The translations under genes were made by a program, and so were the position numbers. A stretch of 64,000 nucleotides of DNA from Patescibacteria group bacterium. Its GTDB lineage: Bacteria; Patescibacteriota; Patescibacteriia; SBBC01; CAIJZX01. A model generated the notes under the pieces. That model was not told the DNA's origin, did not search any database, and saw only the letters and a program-made list of their open reading frames with translations. This document shows, piece by piece, positions 28,676 to 38,767 of this stretch. Within the stretch, counting starts at the first letter, position 1; each line of letters starts with the position of its first letter. Location of the stretch: the NCBI GenBank assembly GCA_038065275.1, contig JBBTRH010000005.1, positions 26,466-90,465 of the forward strand. The letters are read 5' to 3'.

Positions 28676-28861
28676 TTACCACGAGGCTTTGTGGACGCCG
28701 GGCACGTCGCCCTTGTTCGCCAGTTCGCGGAAACAAATACGGCAGAGTTCGAAATCGCGCAAATAGCCGCGTTTGCGCCCGCAACGCCAGCATCGGCGGA
28801 CCAGGCGGGTCGAGTACTTGGGCTTTTTCTTAGACTTGGCAATTTGGGCGGCGGTGGCCAT
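28676..28861 (-). CDS. rpsN: 30S ribosomal protein S14 (zinc-binding type)
   Basis: [15 protein letters not shown]. Confidence 0.96.
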   Translation of the reverse strand: MATAAQIAKSKKKPKYSTRLVRRCWRCGRKRGYLRDFELCRICFRELANKGDVPGVHKASW

Positions 28862-28865
28862 AAGG

Positions 28866-29411
28866 TTAGGGGCGGCGGAAAGGGAAACCGAGGTGGTGAA
28901 GCAAGGCTTGGGCCATCTGACGATGGTTGGTCGACGTGACGATGGTCACTTCCAGGCCATGGAGATGTTCGACCTCATCGCTCCGGATCTCCGGGAAGAC
29001 GATGTGTTCTTTGATGCCGACGGTGATCGTCCCGCCCTGGCCCATGGCTTGGGGATCAAGGCCGTGAAAGTCGCGGATGCGGGCCAGGGTGACATTAATG
29101 AACTTGTCGAGGAATTCCCACATCCGCTGGCCGCGCAGGGTGACCGTCGCGCCGATGACCATGCCTTGGCGGACTTTGAAGGCCGCCACCGACTTCTTGG
29201 CTTTAGTCTGGACCGGTTTCTGACCGCTCACCCGTTCCAGCGTCTGGAGCACGGTGGCGGCGTGCTTGGGATCTTTCAAGTGCTTGCCGAAACCGGCGTT
29301 GATGACGATCTTGGAGACCGTCGGCACGGCTAAAGCATTCGTCAGACCGAACTGCTGTTGGAGGGCCGGGATGACCGTGTGACGATAGCGCTGATGAAGA
29401 CGGGAGATCAT
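28866..29411 (-). CDS. rplE: 50S ribosomal protein L5
   Basis: GQKP..VTLRG..RIRDFHG. Confidence 0.97.
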   Translation of the reverse strand: MISRLHQRYRHTVIPALQQQFGLTNALAVPTVSKIVINAGFGKHLKDPKHAATVLQTLERVSGQKPVQTKAKKSVAAFKVRQGMVIGATVTLRGQRMWEFLDKFINVTLARIRDFHGLDPQAMGQGGTITVGIKEHIVFPEIRSDEVEHLHGLEVTIVTSTNHRQMAQALLHHLGFPFRRP

Positions 29412-29412
29412 A

Positions 29413-29730
29413 TTACGACAGAGGTTCTTTCGAGCGGACCGCGGTCCGGACCTTTCGACCGCCGACCATGACCGCGCCGACGCGGGTCGGGTGGCCGGAC
29501 TTCGGGTCGATCAGCATGACGTTCGACAGGTGGATCGGGCCGTTGAACTGGACCCGTTGCCCGGCTTCCTTCTGGCGCCGAGCCCGAACGTTCTTAGTCA
29601 TCTGGTTCACGCCTTCAACCACCACCCGTTGCTGTTGGGGAAAGACCTGCAGGACCTTACCCTTCTTCCCTTTGTCCTTGCCGCTGAGGACCAGGACTTG
29701 GTCGCCGGTTTTTATCCGTGAGGTGGGCAT
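29413..29730 (-). CDS. rplX: 50S ribosomal protein L24
   Basis: GDQV.VLSGKDKGK.G. Confidence 0.96.
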   Translation of the reverse strand: MPTSRIKTGDQVLVLSGKDKGKKGKVLQVFPQQQRVVVEGVNQMTKNVRARRQKEAGQRVQFNGPIHLSNVMLIDPKSGHPTRVGAVMVGGRKVRTAVRSKEPLS

Positions 29731-29733
29731 AAG

Positions 29734-30105
29734 TTAGAGCACTTCGGGGGCCAGTGAGATAATCTTGGTGAACCCTTTGGTTTTGAGTTCACGGGCGATA
29801 GGGCCGAAAATACGCGTGCCGCGCGGTTCTTTCGTTTCAGGGTCAATGATCACGCCGGCGTTCTCGCTGAACCGGATGTAGCTCCCATCGGAGCGGCGGT
29901 ACTCTTTCCGCTGACGAACGATGACCAAATGCACGACATCGCCTTTCTTAACCAGGCCGTGCGGGGTCGCTTCTTTGACCGAGCCGGTGACAATATCGCC
30001 GAGTTGGCCGTACCGTTTCCGGTGCCCGCCCCAGACCCGGAAGACGGCGACGCGCCGGGCCCCGGTGTTGTCGGCCGGTTTGATGATGGTGCGGAGTTGA
30101 ATCAT
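29734..30105 (-). CDS. rplN: 50S ribosomal protein L14
   Basis: MIQ..ADNTGA..GTRIFGP..SLAPEVL. Confidence 0.97.
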   Translation of the reverse strand: MIQLRTIIKPADNTGARRVAVFRVWGGHRKRYGQLGDIVTGSVKEATPHGLVKKGDVVHLVIVRQRKEYRRSDGSYIRFSENAGVIIDPETKEPRGTRIFGPIARELKTKGFTKIISLAPEVL

Positions 30106-30106
30106 G

Positions 30107-30211
30107 CCCCGCACCACAACAGTTGATCAGGCGTCACCGAGGGTGAAGTATGCGGATGAAAATGATATGCGGATATTTGGTACATCATAGTCTGGCGGTT
30201 GTGGTACGGGG
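30107..30211. repeat. Family-2 element, 105 bp
   Basis: CCCCGCACCACAAC..GTTGTGGTACGGGG; flanks TCATG and TCATA. Confidence 0.88.
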
Positions 30212-30457
30212 TCATACTTTTTTCACTACTCGCCAGCGTTTAGTAGCCGACAGCGGACGGGTTTCTTCAATCACCACCCGGTCCCCGAGGTGGTACTGGC
30301 GCTGTTCGTCATGGGCGGGAAACCGTTGGCTGACGGTAAATTGCTTGTGGTACTTCGGGTGACTGACGGTCCGATCGACGCGGACAACAACCGTCTTCGT
30401 CATCTTGTCGGAGACGACGATCCCAATCAGTTGACGTCGTTTAGCGGTCGTGGGCAT
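30212..30457 (-). CDS. rpsQ: 30S ribosomal protein S17
   Basis: VVSDKMTKTVVV..ETRPLSATKRW. Confidence 0.96.
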   Translation of the reverse strand: MPTTAKRRQLIGIVVSDKMTKTVVVRVDRTVSHPKYHKQFTVSQRFPAHDEQRQYHLGDRVVIEETRPLSATKRWRVVKKV

Positions 30458-30461
30458 GGGT

Positions 30462-30665
30462 TTAGGTGGTCGGTGGTGAGGCGGTCCGAGTCTGAAGTTT
30501 AGTGAGCACCCGGGCAATATCGCGCTTCAACTCGCGCAACTCGCGGACGTCTTGGTGCTGTCCCAGCGCAACTTTGAACCGGCGATCGCGGAGCAGTTCG
30601 CGTTTCTCCTGCAGTAGGCGCTGGAGCTCGGTCGGCGATTTCTGCTCGAGTTCGGACCAGTCCAT
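30462..30665 (-). CDS. rpmC: 50S ribosomal protein L29
   Basis: KRDIARVLT; position in the operon. Confidence 0.92.
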   Translation of the reverse strand: MDWSELEQKSPTELQRLLQEKRELLRDRRFKVALGQHQDVRELRELKRDIARVLTKLQTRTASPPTT

Positions 30666-30669
30666 GGAG

Positions 30670-31080
30670 TTAGCTGGCGCGCTTAATAAATCTGCTGGTG
30701 ACCGGTAATTTGTAGGCGGCCAGTCGCATCGCCTGTCGAGCAACATCTTCCTTGACGCCGTCCATTTCGAACATGATCGTGCCCGGTTTGACGATGGCCA
30801 CGTAGTGATCGACGGCGCCCTTCCCGCCGCCCATCCGAATTTCGTTGCCTTTAACGGTGACCGGTTTGTCGGGAAAGATGCGAATCCAGATTTTCCCGCC
30901 CCGTTGGACGAAGCGGGTGATGGCTCGACGGGCGGCTTCGATTTGGCGGGCCGTGACCCAGCGCGGTTCGAGCGCCTTCAGTCCGAAAGCGCCGAAACTC
31001 AATTCGAGTTTGTCGGTGGCCCGACCGTGAATCCGTCCGCGGTGCCACTTTCGGTGTTTGACTTTTTTTGGCATCATCAT
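30670..31080 (-). CDS. rplP: 50S ribosomal protein L16
   Basis: QIEAARR..RIFPDKP..RMGGGKG. Confidence 0.97.
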   Translation of the reverse strand: MMMPKKVKHRKWHRGRIHGRATDKLELSFGAFGLKALEPRWVTARQIEAARRAITRFVQRGGKIWIRIFPDKPVTVKGNEIRMGGGKGAVDHYVAIVKPGTIMFEMDGVKEDVARQAMRLAAYKLPVTSRFIKRAS

Positions 31081-31083
31081 AGG

Positions 31084-31752
31084 TTAGGCGGAGCGTGAAG
31101 CGGCGGGTGAATCCTGGGCGAAAATTTCACCGCTATAAATCCAGACTTTAATGCCGATTTTCCCGTAAGTGGTGTGGGCCTCGCCGCGACCGTAGTCGAT
31201 ACCGGCCCGGAGCGTCTGCAACGGCAGGCTACCCTGACCCAGCACTTCGGTGCGAGCGATTTCCGCGCCGTTCAACCGTCCGGCCAGGGCGACCTTGACG
31301 CCTTTGGCCCCGGCTTGGAGCACCTGTTCAATGGTATTCTTCATTACCCGCCGGAAGGGTAACCGTTTCTCGATTTGTTCGGCGATGTTGCCGACTACGA
31401 TTTGGGCGGATAGTTCCGGTTGCTCGACCTCCTGGACGTTGAGCTTGACGTTGTACTTGCCGTGGCCCATGTGCAAGCGGCGGATGGCTTGACGGAGGGA
31501 CTCGATGCCTTGTCCGCCGCGGCCGATCACCACGCCGGGCTTGGAAGTGTGAATAGTAACCGTCAGATTCTGAAGCGACCGTTCGATATCAATCCGCGCC
31601 AGGCCGGCGTTCGGCAACTTGCCGATCAAGTACTTCCGGATTTGGACGTCTTGTTTCAGCAGGGCCGGGTAATTACGCGGGCTGAACCATTTCGAATTAT
31701 AGGTGGCGGTGACACCGAGGCGAAAGCTCTTGGGATGGACTTTTTGACCCAT
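31084..31752 (-). CDS. rpsC: 30S ribosomal protein S3
   Basis: MGQKVHP..GRLNGAEIAR. Confidence 0.97.
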   Translation of the reverse strand: MGQKVHPKSFRLGVTATYNSKWFSPRNYPALLKQDVQIRKYLIGKLPNAGLARIDIERSLQNLTVTIHTSKPGVVIGRGGQGIESLRQAIRRLHMGHGKYNVKLNVQEVEQPELSAQIVVGNIAEQIEKRLPFRRVMKNTIEQVLQAGAKGVKVALAGRLNGAEIARTEVLGQGSLPLQTLRAGIDYGRGEAHTTYGKIGIKVWIYSGEIFAQDSPAASRSA

Positions 31753-31756
31753 AGGA

Positions 31757-32287
31757 TTAGGATGTGCCTTGACGGCGAATGGACGGATCTTCGGCCCCCC
31801 TGGCCTGCGGCTTGGCGGTTGGTGATTTAGATGGTGGCTTGAAGGCGGCTTGGCCGGGGACAATCGGCGCTTTCACCGGCGCCTGTTTGACCGGGCCTTT
31901 GGTCGCCGTCACGGCCGCCGGCTTGGTGGGCGCGGCTTTGAGCGGCGCCGTTTTAGCCAGGTCTTCCAGCACCACGGTGACATGGGTCATCCGCTTGAGG
32001 ATTTCAGCCGCTCGGCCGAAGGCACGAGGCCGATACCGTTTCAGCCGCGGGCCTTCGTTGGCGACGATTGATTTGATGCGGAGTGATTTCCGTTCAAGTT
32101 TGAAATTGTGCTCGGCGTTAGCCACGGCCGAATTCAACAGCTTCAGCACCGGCCGGGACGCCCGCTTCGGCAGGACGGTCAGCTGGTCGACGGCTTGGTC
32201 GATCGGCAACCCGCGCACCAGGTTGACCACCAGTCGAACCTTGCGCGGAGATATGTGGAGATAGCGGAGATGGGCGCGGACTTCCAT
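31757..32287 (-). CDS. rplV: 50S ribosomal protein L22 with Ala/Pro/Lys-rich C-terminal extension
   Basis: SPRKVRLV..SAVANAEHN. Confidence 0.96.
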   Translation of the reverse strand: MEVRAHLRYLHISPRKVRLVVNLVRGLPIDQAVDQLTVLPKRASRPVLKLLNSAVANAEHNFKLERKSLRIKSIVANEGPRLKRYRPRAFGRAAEILKRMTHVTVVLEDLAKTAPLKAAPTKPAAVTATKGPVKQAPVKAPIVPGQAAFKPPSKSPTAKPQARGAEDPSIRRQGTS

Positions 32288-32288
32288 A

Positions 32289-32394
32289 TCCAGTACTACA
32301 ACAATGAGTAAATAATAGACTGAAAAAACATATGGCTGTCTGCACGAATAATTGCGCGGCGTGTGTTCAGATAATGCATTGTTGTAGTACCGGG
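32289..32394. repeat. Family-2 element, 106 bp
   Basis: 18-bp IR (16/18) TCCAGTACTACAACAATG; CATA on both flanks. Confidence 0.85.
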
Positions 32395-32400
32395 CATAGG

Positions 32401-32736
32401 TTATTTCTTGTCTGGAGTCGGCGCGGCGGCTGGAGCGGTAGCGGGCTTTTCTTGGGCCGCCATTTCCAGCTCTTTCTGCATCCGACCGCCGTGACGGACG
32501 AACTTGCGGGTCGGGGAAAACTCGCCCAGCCGATGACCGACCATGTTCTCGACGATGAAGACGGAGATATGGTTCTTTCCATTATGGACGCCGAAGGTGA
32601 ATCCGACCATCGTCGGCGTGATGAGCGAATCTCGCGACCAGGTTTTCAACACCGTCTTGTCGCCGACTTTCAGCTTGGCTACTTTAGCCAGGAGCTTCGG
32701 ATCGGTGAAGGGAGCTTTTTTTAGAGATCGTCCCAT
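32401..32736 (-). CDS. rpsS: 30S ribosomal protein S19
   Basis: [22 protein letters not shown]. Confidence 0.97.
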   Translation of the reverse strand: MGRSLKKAPFTDPKLLAKVAKLKVGDKTVLKTWSRDSLITPTMVGFTFGVHNGKNHISVFIVENMVGHRLGEFSPTRKFVRHGGRMQKELEMAAQEKPATAPAAAPTPDKK

Positions 32737-32740
32737 AGCG

Positions 32741-33577
32741 TTACGGGCGGCGACGGCTAATGATTAGGCGACTAGAGTATTTTTTCTTGTTACGGGTGCG
32801 GACGCCGAGGGCATGGCGGCCCCACGGTGTTTTCGGGTATTTCATGCCGATCGGTTGGTTGCCTTCGCCGCCGCCGTGCGGGTGGTCGACCGGGTTCATG
32901 GCCTTGCCGCGGACCGCTGGCCGCCGGTTCCGCCACCGCATCCGGCCGGCTTTTCCCCAGCGGATGTTGCCGTGATCGACGTTCGAGACCTGGCCGATTG
33001 AGGCCATCGCTTCTTTTAAAACTTTACGAATTTCACCGGAGGGCATCTTCAACAGCGCGTACTCTCCTTCAATAGACATGATGGTGGCCGCGTTGCCGGC
33101 CGATCGAACGATGGCGCCGCCGCGACCCGGCCTCAGCTCGATATTGTGGATCGGCACACCGGCAGGGATGTGAGCGAGCTTGGTCCGGTTTCCAAGGCCG
33201 ACATCTACGCCCGACGGCGAGCTGACCACTTGCTGTCCGACCCGCAAGCCGCTGGGGGCAAGAATGTAGCGCTTTTCATGGTCGGCATACTCAACCAGGG
33301 CGACATGGGCAGAACGGTTCGGGTCGTACTGGATGCCGAGGACGGTCGCCGATTGACCGTGACGCTCCTGGTGAAAGTCGACCTGGCGATACAATCGCTT
33401 GTTCCCGGCACCGCGATGACGGACGGTGATTTTCCCTTGGACATTGCGGCCGGCATCCTGCTTGATGGTCGACAGCAACAACTTGTGTGGACGCTGGACG
33501 CCGCGCAGTTCGGCGTAGTCGTTGACCGAGGACTTGCGGCGGCCGGGACTGGTGGGTCGGTAGATGCGGACAGCCAT
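32741..33577 (-). CDS. rplB: 50S ribosomal protein L2
   Basis: [20 protein letters not shown]. Confidence 0.98.
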   Translation of the reverse strand: MAVRIYRPTSPGRRKSSVNDYAELRGVQRPHKLLLSTIKQDAGRNVQGKITVRHRGAGNKRLYRQVDFHQERHGQSATVLGIQYDPNRSAHVALVEYADHEKRYILAPSGLRVGQQVVSSPSGVDVGLGNRTKLAHIPAGVPIHNIELRPGRGGAIVRSAGNAATIMSIEGEYALLKMPSGEIRKVLKEAMASIGQVSNVDHGNIRWGKAGRMRWRNRRPAVRGKAMNPVDHPHGGGEGNQPIGMKYPKTPWGRHALGVRTRNKKKYSSRLIISRRRP

Positions 33578-33581
33578 CGGG

Positions 33582-34070
33582 TTAGGCGCTCACGACGTCA
33601 ATGGTTTTTCCCGGCGGCAGGGTGACAATCGCCTTCTTGCGGTCGGCGGTCCGGCCGTAAGTGCGGCCGAAGCGGACTACCTTACCGCGCAGTACCATGA
33701 TGTTCACCGCGACCGGCGCGATGCCGTAGAGATGACGGACCGACTGGCGGACGTCGGCCTTGGTAGCCGCCAGAGCAACTTCGAACGTATACTGCGAGCC
33801 GGAGCCGCCGCGGGTTGATTTTTCGGTTACCAAGGGACGCTGGAGGACACGGTGGGCCAGATGAGCGGTCGATGAGGATGGCTGAGTAGTCGCCGAGGTA
33901 GTTTTCTCCGGTTTTCCCCGGGCCGGCGGCGTCTCGTTCTTACCCGCCGGGACGGCGGCGAAGGCTTTCCGTTCGGCCTCTTTTCCCGTGGCTGGTTTGA
34001 GTACGCCGCGCTTCGGGCCAGTGGTCTGGTCCTTGCCTTTTGTGCTCTTGAAGCGGTCGAAAAAGCCCAT
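33582..34070 (-). CDS. rplW: 50S ribosomal protein L23 with about 70-aa N-terminal extension
   Basis: PLVTEKS..YTFEV..KKAIVTL. Confidence 0.93.
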   Translation of the reverse strand: MGFFDRFKSTKGKDQTTGPKRGVLKPATGKEAERKAFAAVPAGKNETPPARGKPEKTTSATTQPSSSTAHLAHRVLQRPLVTEKSTRGGSGSQYTFEVALAATKADVRQSVRHLYGIAPVAVNIMVLRGKVVRFGRTYGRTADRKKAIVTLPPGKTIDVVSA

Positions 34071-34075
34071 GAGAA

Positions 34076-34702
34076 TTATTTAACGTAGGTGGAACGGATG
34101 ACGTCCAGCGCCGGCTGGAGGACCAGGAGCTGGCCGGCGTTCACCACATCATAGGTATTCAAACTGTCCGCGCGGATGAAGGATACTCCGGGAATGTTGC
34201 GACCGGCCTTGACCAGCATCAAGTTCGTAGTCGGCAGGATGACCAGGGTCTTCGGCTGGCTCGGGACGCTCTTCAGGACCTGGGCGAATTCTTTGGTCTT
34301 CGGGGCCGGCCACGCCAGCTGATCGACGACGGTCAGCCGGTCGCTGATGGCTTTATCGCTCAGCGACATTAGCAACGCCTTTCGCTTGGCCGTCAGGTTC
34401 ATCTTCAGCGCGAAATTGCGGTTCTTCCGCGGGCCGAAGATGACGCCGCCACCCTTCCACTGCGGCGACCGGATCGAGCCTTGACGGGCGCGGCCGGTGC
34501 CCTTCTGGCGCCACGGTTTCTTCCCCCCGCCGCGGACTTCGCCGCGGGTTTTAGTGTGGGCGATAGCCTGGCGCCGATTAGCCAGGTGGGTGGTAATGGC
34601 TTGTTCGATCAAGCCGGCCTGGGGTTTAACGCCAAAAACGCGTTGGTCAAGTTCGATCTCGCCGATGACCTGGCCGGTTTGGTTGTACAACTTGACTTTC
34701 AT
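34076..34702 (-). CDS. rplD: 50S ribosomal protein L4
   Basis: KPWRQKGTGRARQGS. Confidence 0.97.
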   Translation of the reverse strand: MKVKLYNQTGQVIGEIELDQRVFGVKPQAGLIEQAITTHLANRRQAIAHTKTRGEVRGGGKKPWRQKGTGRARQGSIRSPQWKGGGVIFGPRKNRNFALKMNLTAKRKALLMSLSDKAISDRLTVVDQLAWPAPKTKEFAQVLKSVPSQPKTLVILPTTNLMLVKAGRNIPGVSFIRADSLNTYDVVNAGQLLVLQPALDVIRSTYVK

Positions 34703-34703
34703 A

Positions 34704-35309
34704 TTATCCCTTTATTACCACCAGGCCGTTCCGCGGTCCGGGCACGGCGCCGGAGAGCCACAGTTCATTCGCTTCCGGCTTGACGGCCATGACCGTCAGG
34801 TGCTTGACGGTAACTTTAGCGTTACCCAACCGACCGGCCATTCGGGTGCCCTTCATGACGTGTTGGGGGAAGGTCGCGCCGATCGAACCGGGCGCGCGGA
34901 GGTTGTCTTTGTGGCCATGGCTAGCGGGACCGCCTCTGAAGTGATGGCGCTTGACCACGCCGGCAAACCCCCGACCCTTGGAGGTGGCGGTGACTTGAAC
35001 ATGATCGCCAAGTTGAAACACCGCCACGTCAATCTTGGCGCCGCGGGCCAGTGTGGCGCCAGTCACGGTGGCCTGGCGCGAATAGCGGAAATTCCCCAAA
35101 CCCTTTTGCTGGCCGCGTTGCGGTTTCGCGACGCGCGATTCCTTGGTCGGCACCCCGGCGATGTGGACCGTCGCTGACCCGGCCAGGCCGACGGGCCGGA
35201 CGTCAGTCACGACGTTCGGTTCAGCCTTGATGACGGTCACCGGCACGACCGTCCCGTCGTCCTGGAAGACCTGGGTCATCTGCATTTTTTGTCCAAGCAG
35301 GAACTTCAT
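34704..35309 (-). CDS. rplC: 50S ribosomal protein L3
   Basis: MTQVF..SKGRGFAGVVKRH. Confidence 0.97.
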   Translation of the reverse strand: MKFLLGQKMQMTQVFQDDGTVVPVTVIKAEPNVVTDVRPVGLAGSATVHIAGVPTKESRVAKPQRGQQKGLGNFRYSRQATVTGATLARGAKIDVAVFQLGDHVQVTATSKGRGFAGVVKRHHFRGGPASHGHKDNLRAPGSIGATFPQHVMKGTRMAGRLGNAKVTVKHLTVMAVKPEANELWLSGAVPGPRNGLVVIKG

Positions 35310-35317
35310 CCCGTTAG

Positions 35318-35418
35318 TCCCGTTAGAAATGAATGAAAGTAAACCATCGGTACATATGAGATTGTAATTGCTACTAATGCTTTTTCCGAAAATACGGTGA
35401 TCGTCATTTCTAACGGGA
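35318..35418. repeat. Family-1 element, 101 bp, nested in an older family-1 terminus
   Basis: 15-bp IR TCCCGTTAGAAATGA; TTAG on both flanks; removal restores CCCGTTAGAAGT next to the rplC ATG. Confidence 0.88.
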
Positions 35419-35613
35419 TTAGAAGTCTATTTGAGAAAAACGGAATTAATTCGGCAGGTTGGAGAGATTGGTCAGAGATATAACACCGCTGTGCGGACCA
35501 ACGTCCACCGCAGCGGTGTCAACGTTGGCACGTGTTGTCCGGGATTACGGCGACAGGAGCTGGTCTTGTCATCCGCGGAACTAGGTGCCGTTAAAAAGTA
35601 TTGGCGGGAAGAT

Positions 35614-35967
35614 TTAAGACTTGATTTCGATGTCCACGCCGGCCGGTAAATTAAGGTTGGTTAGAGCATCGACTGTCTTCGGCGTCGGATCGAGGATGTC
35701 GACCAGGCGCTTGTGCGTCCGCATCTCGTACTGTTCGCGGGAGTTCTTGTGGGCGAACGAGGAGCGGATGACGGTGTAGGTACTGCGTTCGGTCGGAAGC
35801 GGCACCGGGCCCTTGATCTTGGCTCCCGTCCGCGTCGCCGTATCAATAATCGTCTTGGTCGACTGGTCGATGATCTTATGGTCGTAGGCGCGGATCTTGA
35901 TCCGCAACCGCTGGTGGACTTCCTCGTCGGGAGCGGTCGTCAGCGGGACCGGGGTGACAGCGGGCAT
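35614..35967 (-). CDS. rpsJ: 30S ribosomal protein S10
   Basis: [22 protein letters not shown]. Confidence 0.97.
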   Translation of the reverse strand: MPAVTPVPLTTAPDEEVHQRLRIKIRAYDHKIIDQSTKTIIDTATRTGAKIKGPVPLPTERSTYTVIRSSFAHKNSREQYEMRTHKRLVDILDPTPKTVDALTNLNLPAGVDIEIKS

Positions 35968-35998
35968 CGCCAGGGTAATCAGGGGGTCAGGCCGGGCG

Positions 35999-37183
35999 TT
36001 ACTTGATGATCTTCGTCACCACGCCGGCGCCGACCGTATGGCCGCCTTCGCGGATGGCGAAGCGTTGCTGTTCTTCCAGCGCCACCGGGGTGATCAGCTT
36101 AATGACGAATTTCGATTGATCGCCGGGCATGACCATTTCCGTGCCGGCCGGCAGTTCGATCTCGCCGGTCACATCCGTAGTGCGAACATAGAACTGCGGT
36201 TTGTAGCCCTTGAAGAACGGGGTGTGGCGGCCGCCTTCCTCCTTGGTCAGGATCAGAACTTCCGCCTCGAACTCCGCGTGCGGGGTGACGGTGCCGGGTT
36301 TGGCCAGGACCTGGCCGCGCTCGACCTCTTCCTTCTTGGTGCCGCGCAGGAGCAACCCGGCGTTGTCGCCGGCCAGGCCGGAGTCGAGTTGCTTGTTGAA
36401 CATCTCGATGCCGGTGATGACCGTCTTCGCCGTCGGGCGGAGGCCGATGATTTCCACTTCGTCGTTGAGCTTGACGGTGCCGCGCTCGATCCGGCCGGTG
36501 ACCACCGTGCCGCGGCCCTCGATCGAGAAGATGTCTTCAATCGGCATCAGGAACGGTTTGTCCGTTTCCCGTTTCGGCGCGGGGATATACTCATCGAGCG
36601 TCTTCATCAATTCCATGATTTTCTCCTGCGCGGCCGCATCGCCTTCCAGCGCTTTCAAGGCCGAGCCGCGGATGATCGGGGTGGTGTCGCCCGGGAATTC
36701 ATATTTCTTCAGCAAGTCGCGAATTTCGACTTCCACCAGGTCGATCAGCTCGGCGTCGTCAACCGTGTCCACCTTGTTCAGGAAGACGACGATGTGCGGC
36801 ACGCCGACCTGTTTGGCCAGTAAGATATGTTCGCGGGTCTGGGGCATCGGGCCGTCGGCGGCGGACACGACTAAAATAGCGCCGTCCATTTGGGCCGCTC
36901 CGGTGATCATATTCTTGACGTAATCGGCGTGGCCCGGACAGTCGACGTGAGCGTAGTGCCGTTTGGCCGTTTCGTACTCGACGTGAGCAGTGGCGATGGT
37001 AATGCCGCGGGCCTTCTCTTCCGGCGCGTTGTCGATGTCGTCGACGCCCTTGTGCTGGGCGATGAAACCCTTGTTAGACAGGGTTTTCAAAATCGCGGCC
37101 GTGAGAGTCGTTTTGCCGTGGTCGACGTGGCCGATGGTGCCGACGTTGATGTGCGGCTTGCTACGATCAAATTTGTCTGTCAT
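35999..37183 (-). CDS. tuf: Elongation factor Tu
   Basis: [17 protein letters not shown] and NKVD motifs. Confidence 0.99.
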   Translation of the reverse strand: MTDKFDRSKPHINVGTIGHVDHGKTTLTAAILKTLSNKGFIAQHKGVDDIDNAPEEKARGITIATAHVEYETAKRHYAHVDCPGHADYVKNMITGAAQMDGAILVVSAADGPMPQTREHILLAKQVGVPHIVVFLNKVDTVDDAELIDLVEVEIRDLLKKYEFPGDTTPIIRGSALKALEGDAAAQEKIMELMKTLDEYIPAPKRETDKPFLMPIEDIFSIEGRGTVVTGRIERGTVKLNDEVEIIGLRPTAKTVITGIEMFNKQLDSGLAGDNAGLLLRGTKKEEVERGQVLAKPGTVTPHAEFEAEVLILTKEEGGRHTPFFKGYKPQFYVRTTDVTGEIELPAGTEMVMPGDQSKFVIKLITPVALEEQQRFAIREGGHTVGAGVVTKIIK

Positions 37184-37237
37184 AGGACGATTCCGAAAAA
37201 TGAGTTAGACGAAAAAAGTGAGCACAAATGCTTGCCG

Positions 37238-37266
37238 ATTATAGCAGGGTGGAGGAATCCTGACAA
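37238..37266 (-). promoter_or_regulatory. sigma70-like promoter of tuf/S10
   Basis: TTGTCA-17 bp-TATAAT with a TGn extension. Confidence 0.75.
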
Positions 37267-37326
37267 GTCTCGAGGGAAAAAACCGGCCCCGGACATGCAT
37301 GATGCATGAACTTTGGCTAAGGTTAG

Positions 37327-37427
37327 CCCCGTTAGAGGTGAGAACGATTAAGGATAATATATATTCAACAACAATGGTAATAACTACGGCCTAACAAAAA
37401 ACTTAACTATCCTCAGCTCTAACGGGG
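37327..37427. repeat. Family-1 element, 101 bp
   Basis: CCCCGTTAGAG.TGAG IR; TTAG on both flanks. Confidence 0.88.
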
Positions 37428-37543
37428 TTAGCCTGGTTGGATGCTGGTGAGACGCACTTACAAAAAAGTTTATTTGGTTGCAGAAAGCAGAAATATGAAA
37501 TTCGGTAACAAATAACGTATAAGCCGCCTCCAATGGGGCTAAG

Positions 37544-37830
37544 AAAAAAAACAGACCCCTTTGCCGAAGCATTGGGGTCCGAGGCACAGAACAAGGAAAA
37601 GGTGCTGGTGGCTAAGTTGAGGCTGGACCTTGAGTGAGAAGGTATCACTCAACCTGGTCCGGGACCGTTCGCCTGATTGGGACTACATGGCTACTTGGTT
37701 GTTAGGGGTTGTCCTTCACTCGGACCCCGTGGCTCCGCTGCAGGCAGAGACCGGTCGATCCTGGACAATCTTCCTGGCGCAATAAGCGCTGGTTCCCTTT
37801 CCCGAAGCACCCTCCTTACTCCGTACCAGC
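37544..37830 (-). ncRNA. Candidate structured non-coding RNA, family unassigned
   Basis: TACTAT -10-like box near 37832-37837, several complementary segments, GC hairpin plus T8 at the 3' end, no convincing ORF. Confidence 0.4.
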
Positions 37831-38120
37831 ATAGTATCCCGATGAAAAAATCCGGTAAAGCCGGTTTCTCCCCACCTCATCGACACCCTTTTCCACCGAT
37901 TTGTACACAGGTTGTCCCGAGGGATTATTGTAAGTGGCTGGTGTCGTTGAGGACAACCATCAAAAGTTTTCCTGATTCATCGAAATCGATTACTGAAATA
38001 CCGGCGTTGTCATGGCTACGCTCTGGAATGATGACCTTTACTCAAAAACACACCGCGCAGGTTTCAAACCTGCGCTGTGGAAAATGTATAGAGGCTAGCG
38101 GTTGTCTAATGGGATTCATA

Positions 38121-38630
38121 TTATTCGGCCGGCTTCCAATGACCCTCGGGCAAATCGCGAACGTAGACCGATAATTGTTCAATATCACAGCTTCCGCTCA
38201 TTCGTTGCTGACGGATGTTCTCCCAAACCGATTTGAACTGGTCATTGGGAATATGACTGACGACTGTGACGTGGTAGATATGACTTTTCCCCGGCATGTA
38301 TCGTCCATTATCAAACGCTGTTAATTCCGGAAAATCCTGGTCGAGCGCTTGAGCTACACGACCCGCTTCCTCTTGCCCGGGATCAACCCAAATAACATGA
38401 GCACCGGGATTACGAAACGCTTGCCAATCCTGAAACGTGATGCGGAAGGGATAGCGCAATGAAGATAGGCGCTGTTGAAGCTTAGCCGGTAGCGCTCGTA
38501 ACGGCCGGACGATGGTGATGTGCGGCGGGAGTGCGTTGGTTGTCCACCGATCATACGTTTGTCGCAACTGCGCAAGTTCCGTTCGAAATGGTTCGGGTAG
38601 GACGGCGACGATGATAAACTCTTGGTTCAT
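38121..38630 (-). CDS. 2H phosphoesterase (2'-5' RNA ligase family)
   Basis: Two HxT motifs: PHITI and YHVTV. Confidence 0.88.
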   Translation of the reverse strand: MNQEFIIVAVLPEPFRTELAQLRQTYDRWTTNALPPHITIVRPLRALPAKLQQRLSSLRYPFRITFQDWQAFRNPGAHVIWVDPGQEEAGRVAQALDQDFPELTAFDNGRYMPGKSHIYHVTVVSHIPNDQFKSVWENIRQQRMSGSCDIEQLSVYVRDLPEGHWKPAE

Positions 38631-38767
38631 CAAAAAAAGTATACCACAACCGCGTAGCCGCGGGCTGGAAAGCCCGCGGCTCTACTTTTCTTAAGCTCTC
38701 CTCCTTTCGTAAGGAGGGGTGACCCACAATCTCCAGCACCATGTTCCGCGGAACTTTAGTAACATTT

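Noticed and set aside
33860-34070. L23 N-terminal and L22 C-terminal extensions as a novel system
   Set aside because: Low-complexity extensions on ribosomal proteins are common and carry no recognisable domain.
35897-36923. Long plus-strand ORFs opposite tuf (similar ones lie opposite fusA, secY, Nramp and dnaB)
   Set aside because: Antisense shadows of GC-rich, codon-biased genes.
37677-38174. 165-aa plus-strand ORF
   Set aside because: No motif or RBS, and it overlaps the ncRNA candidate and the 2H gene.
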